Assembly (NCBI RefSeq): GCF_000006765.1
Contig: NC_002516.2
DNA: 64,000 bases
Direction: 5' to 3' (one strand)
DNA from: Pseudomonas aeruginosa PAO1
Lineage (GTDB): Bacteria; Pseudomonadota; Gammaproteobacteria; Pseudomonadales; Pseudomonadaceae
Below the pieces are notes generated by a model that was given only the letters and a program-made list of their open reading frames with translations, was not told where the DNA came from and made no database searches. The translations under genes were made by a program, and so were the position numbers. Each line of letters starts with the position of its first letter. The first letter of the stretch is position 1. Below, one piece after another: positions 63,736 through 64,000 of this stretch.

Positions 63736-64000
63736 ATGGCCATCGAACAGTTCGGATACCGGCAACAGCTGCGCCGCAGCCTGTCCCTGAGCGACCTGAT
63801 CATCTACGGGATGATCTTCATGATCCCCATCGCCCCGTTCGGGGTCTACGGCTGGGTCCATGCCGATGCCCACGGCATGGTGCCGATGGCCTACCTGGTG
63901 GGCATGCTGGCGATGCTCTTCACCGCCCTCAGCTACGGAGCCATGGCCAAGGCCTTTCCGATTGCCGGCTCGGTGTATTCCTACGCCCAGCGCGGCATCC
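63736..64000 (+). CDS. APC family amino acid/polyamine permease (5' part; runs off the window end)
   Basis: GAGGAG RBS; MAIEQFGYRQQLRRSLSL...IPIAPFGVYG...AGSVYSYA. Confidence 0.85.
   Translation, partial: MAIEQFGYRQQLRRSLSLSDLIIYGMIFMIPIAPFGVYGWVHADAHGMVPMAYLVGMLAMLFTALSYGAMAKAFPIAGSVYSYAQRGI

Overview
A GC-rich (roughly two-thirds GC, by eye) core-chromosome segment. Gene content and order match, from memory, Pseudomonas aeruginosa PA5448-PA5510, a short distance from oriC. I found no mobile element, rRNA, tRNA or CRISPR array. Contents in order: the D-rhamnan common polysaccharide antigen operon (rmd-gmd-wbpW-wzm-wzt-wbpX-wbpY) and a divergent five-gene modification cluster; a DUF1127 small protein; four secreted DUF2388 paralogs around a DUF4105 protein; transporters; the leader-peptide-controlled armZ(rtcB-like)-prfH pair; gltP; ivy-like/DUF1328 genes divergent from algB-kinB; ampDh2; dgcH; dsbA; cytochromes; engB; the ErsA sRNA; polA; thrB; split class II RNR nrdJab; zur-znuCB/znuA; metNIQ; and the qapR amine gamma-glutamylation-like operon. 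The best leads are: (1) a ~110-bp tandem repeat behind nrdJb whose minus strand is a string of six GGA-displaying hairpins resembling CsrB/RsmZ sponges; (2) the DUF2388 x4 plus DUF4105 module, whose large protein carries both a zincin HExxH site and an Lnb/NlpC-like His/Cys pair; (3) six perfect DnaA boxes, including a tandem pair in a structured 700-bp intergenic region; (4) a sigma54 plus IHF promoter facing away from the enhancer-binding protein AlgB; (5) an uncharacterised amine pathway in the qapR operon. Locus tags, gene names and domain names are recalled, not database-verified.
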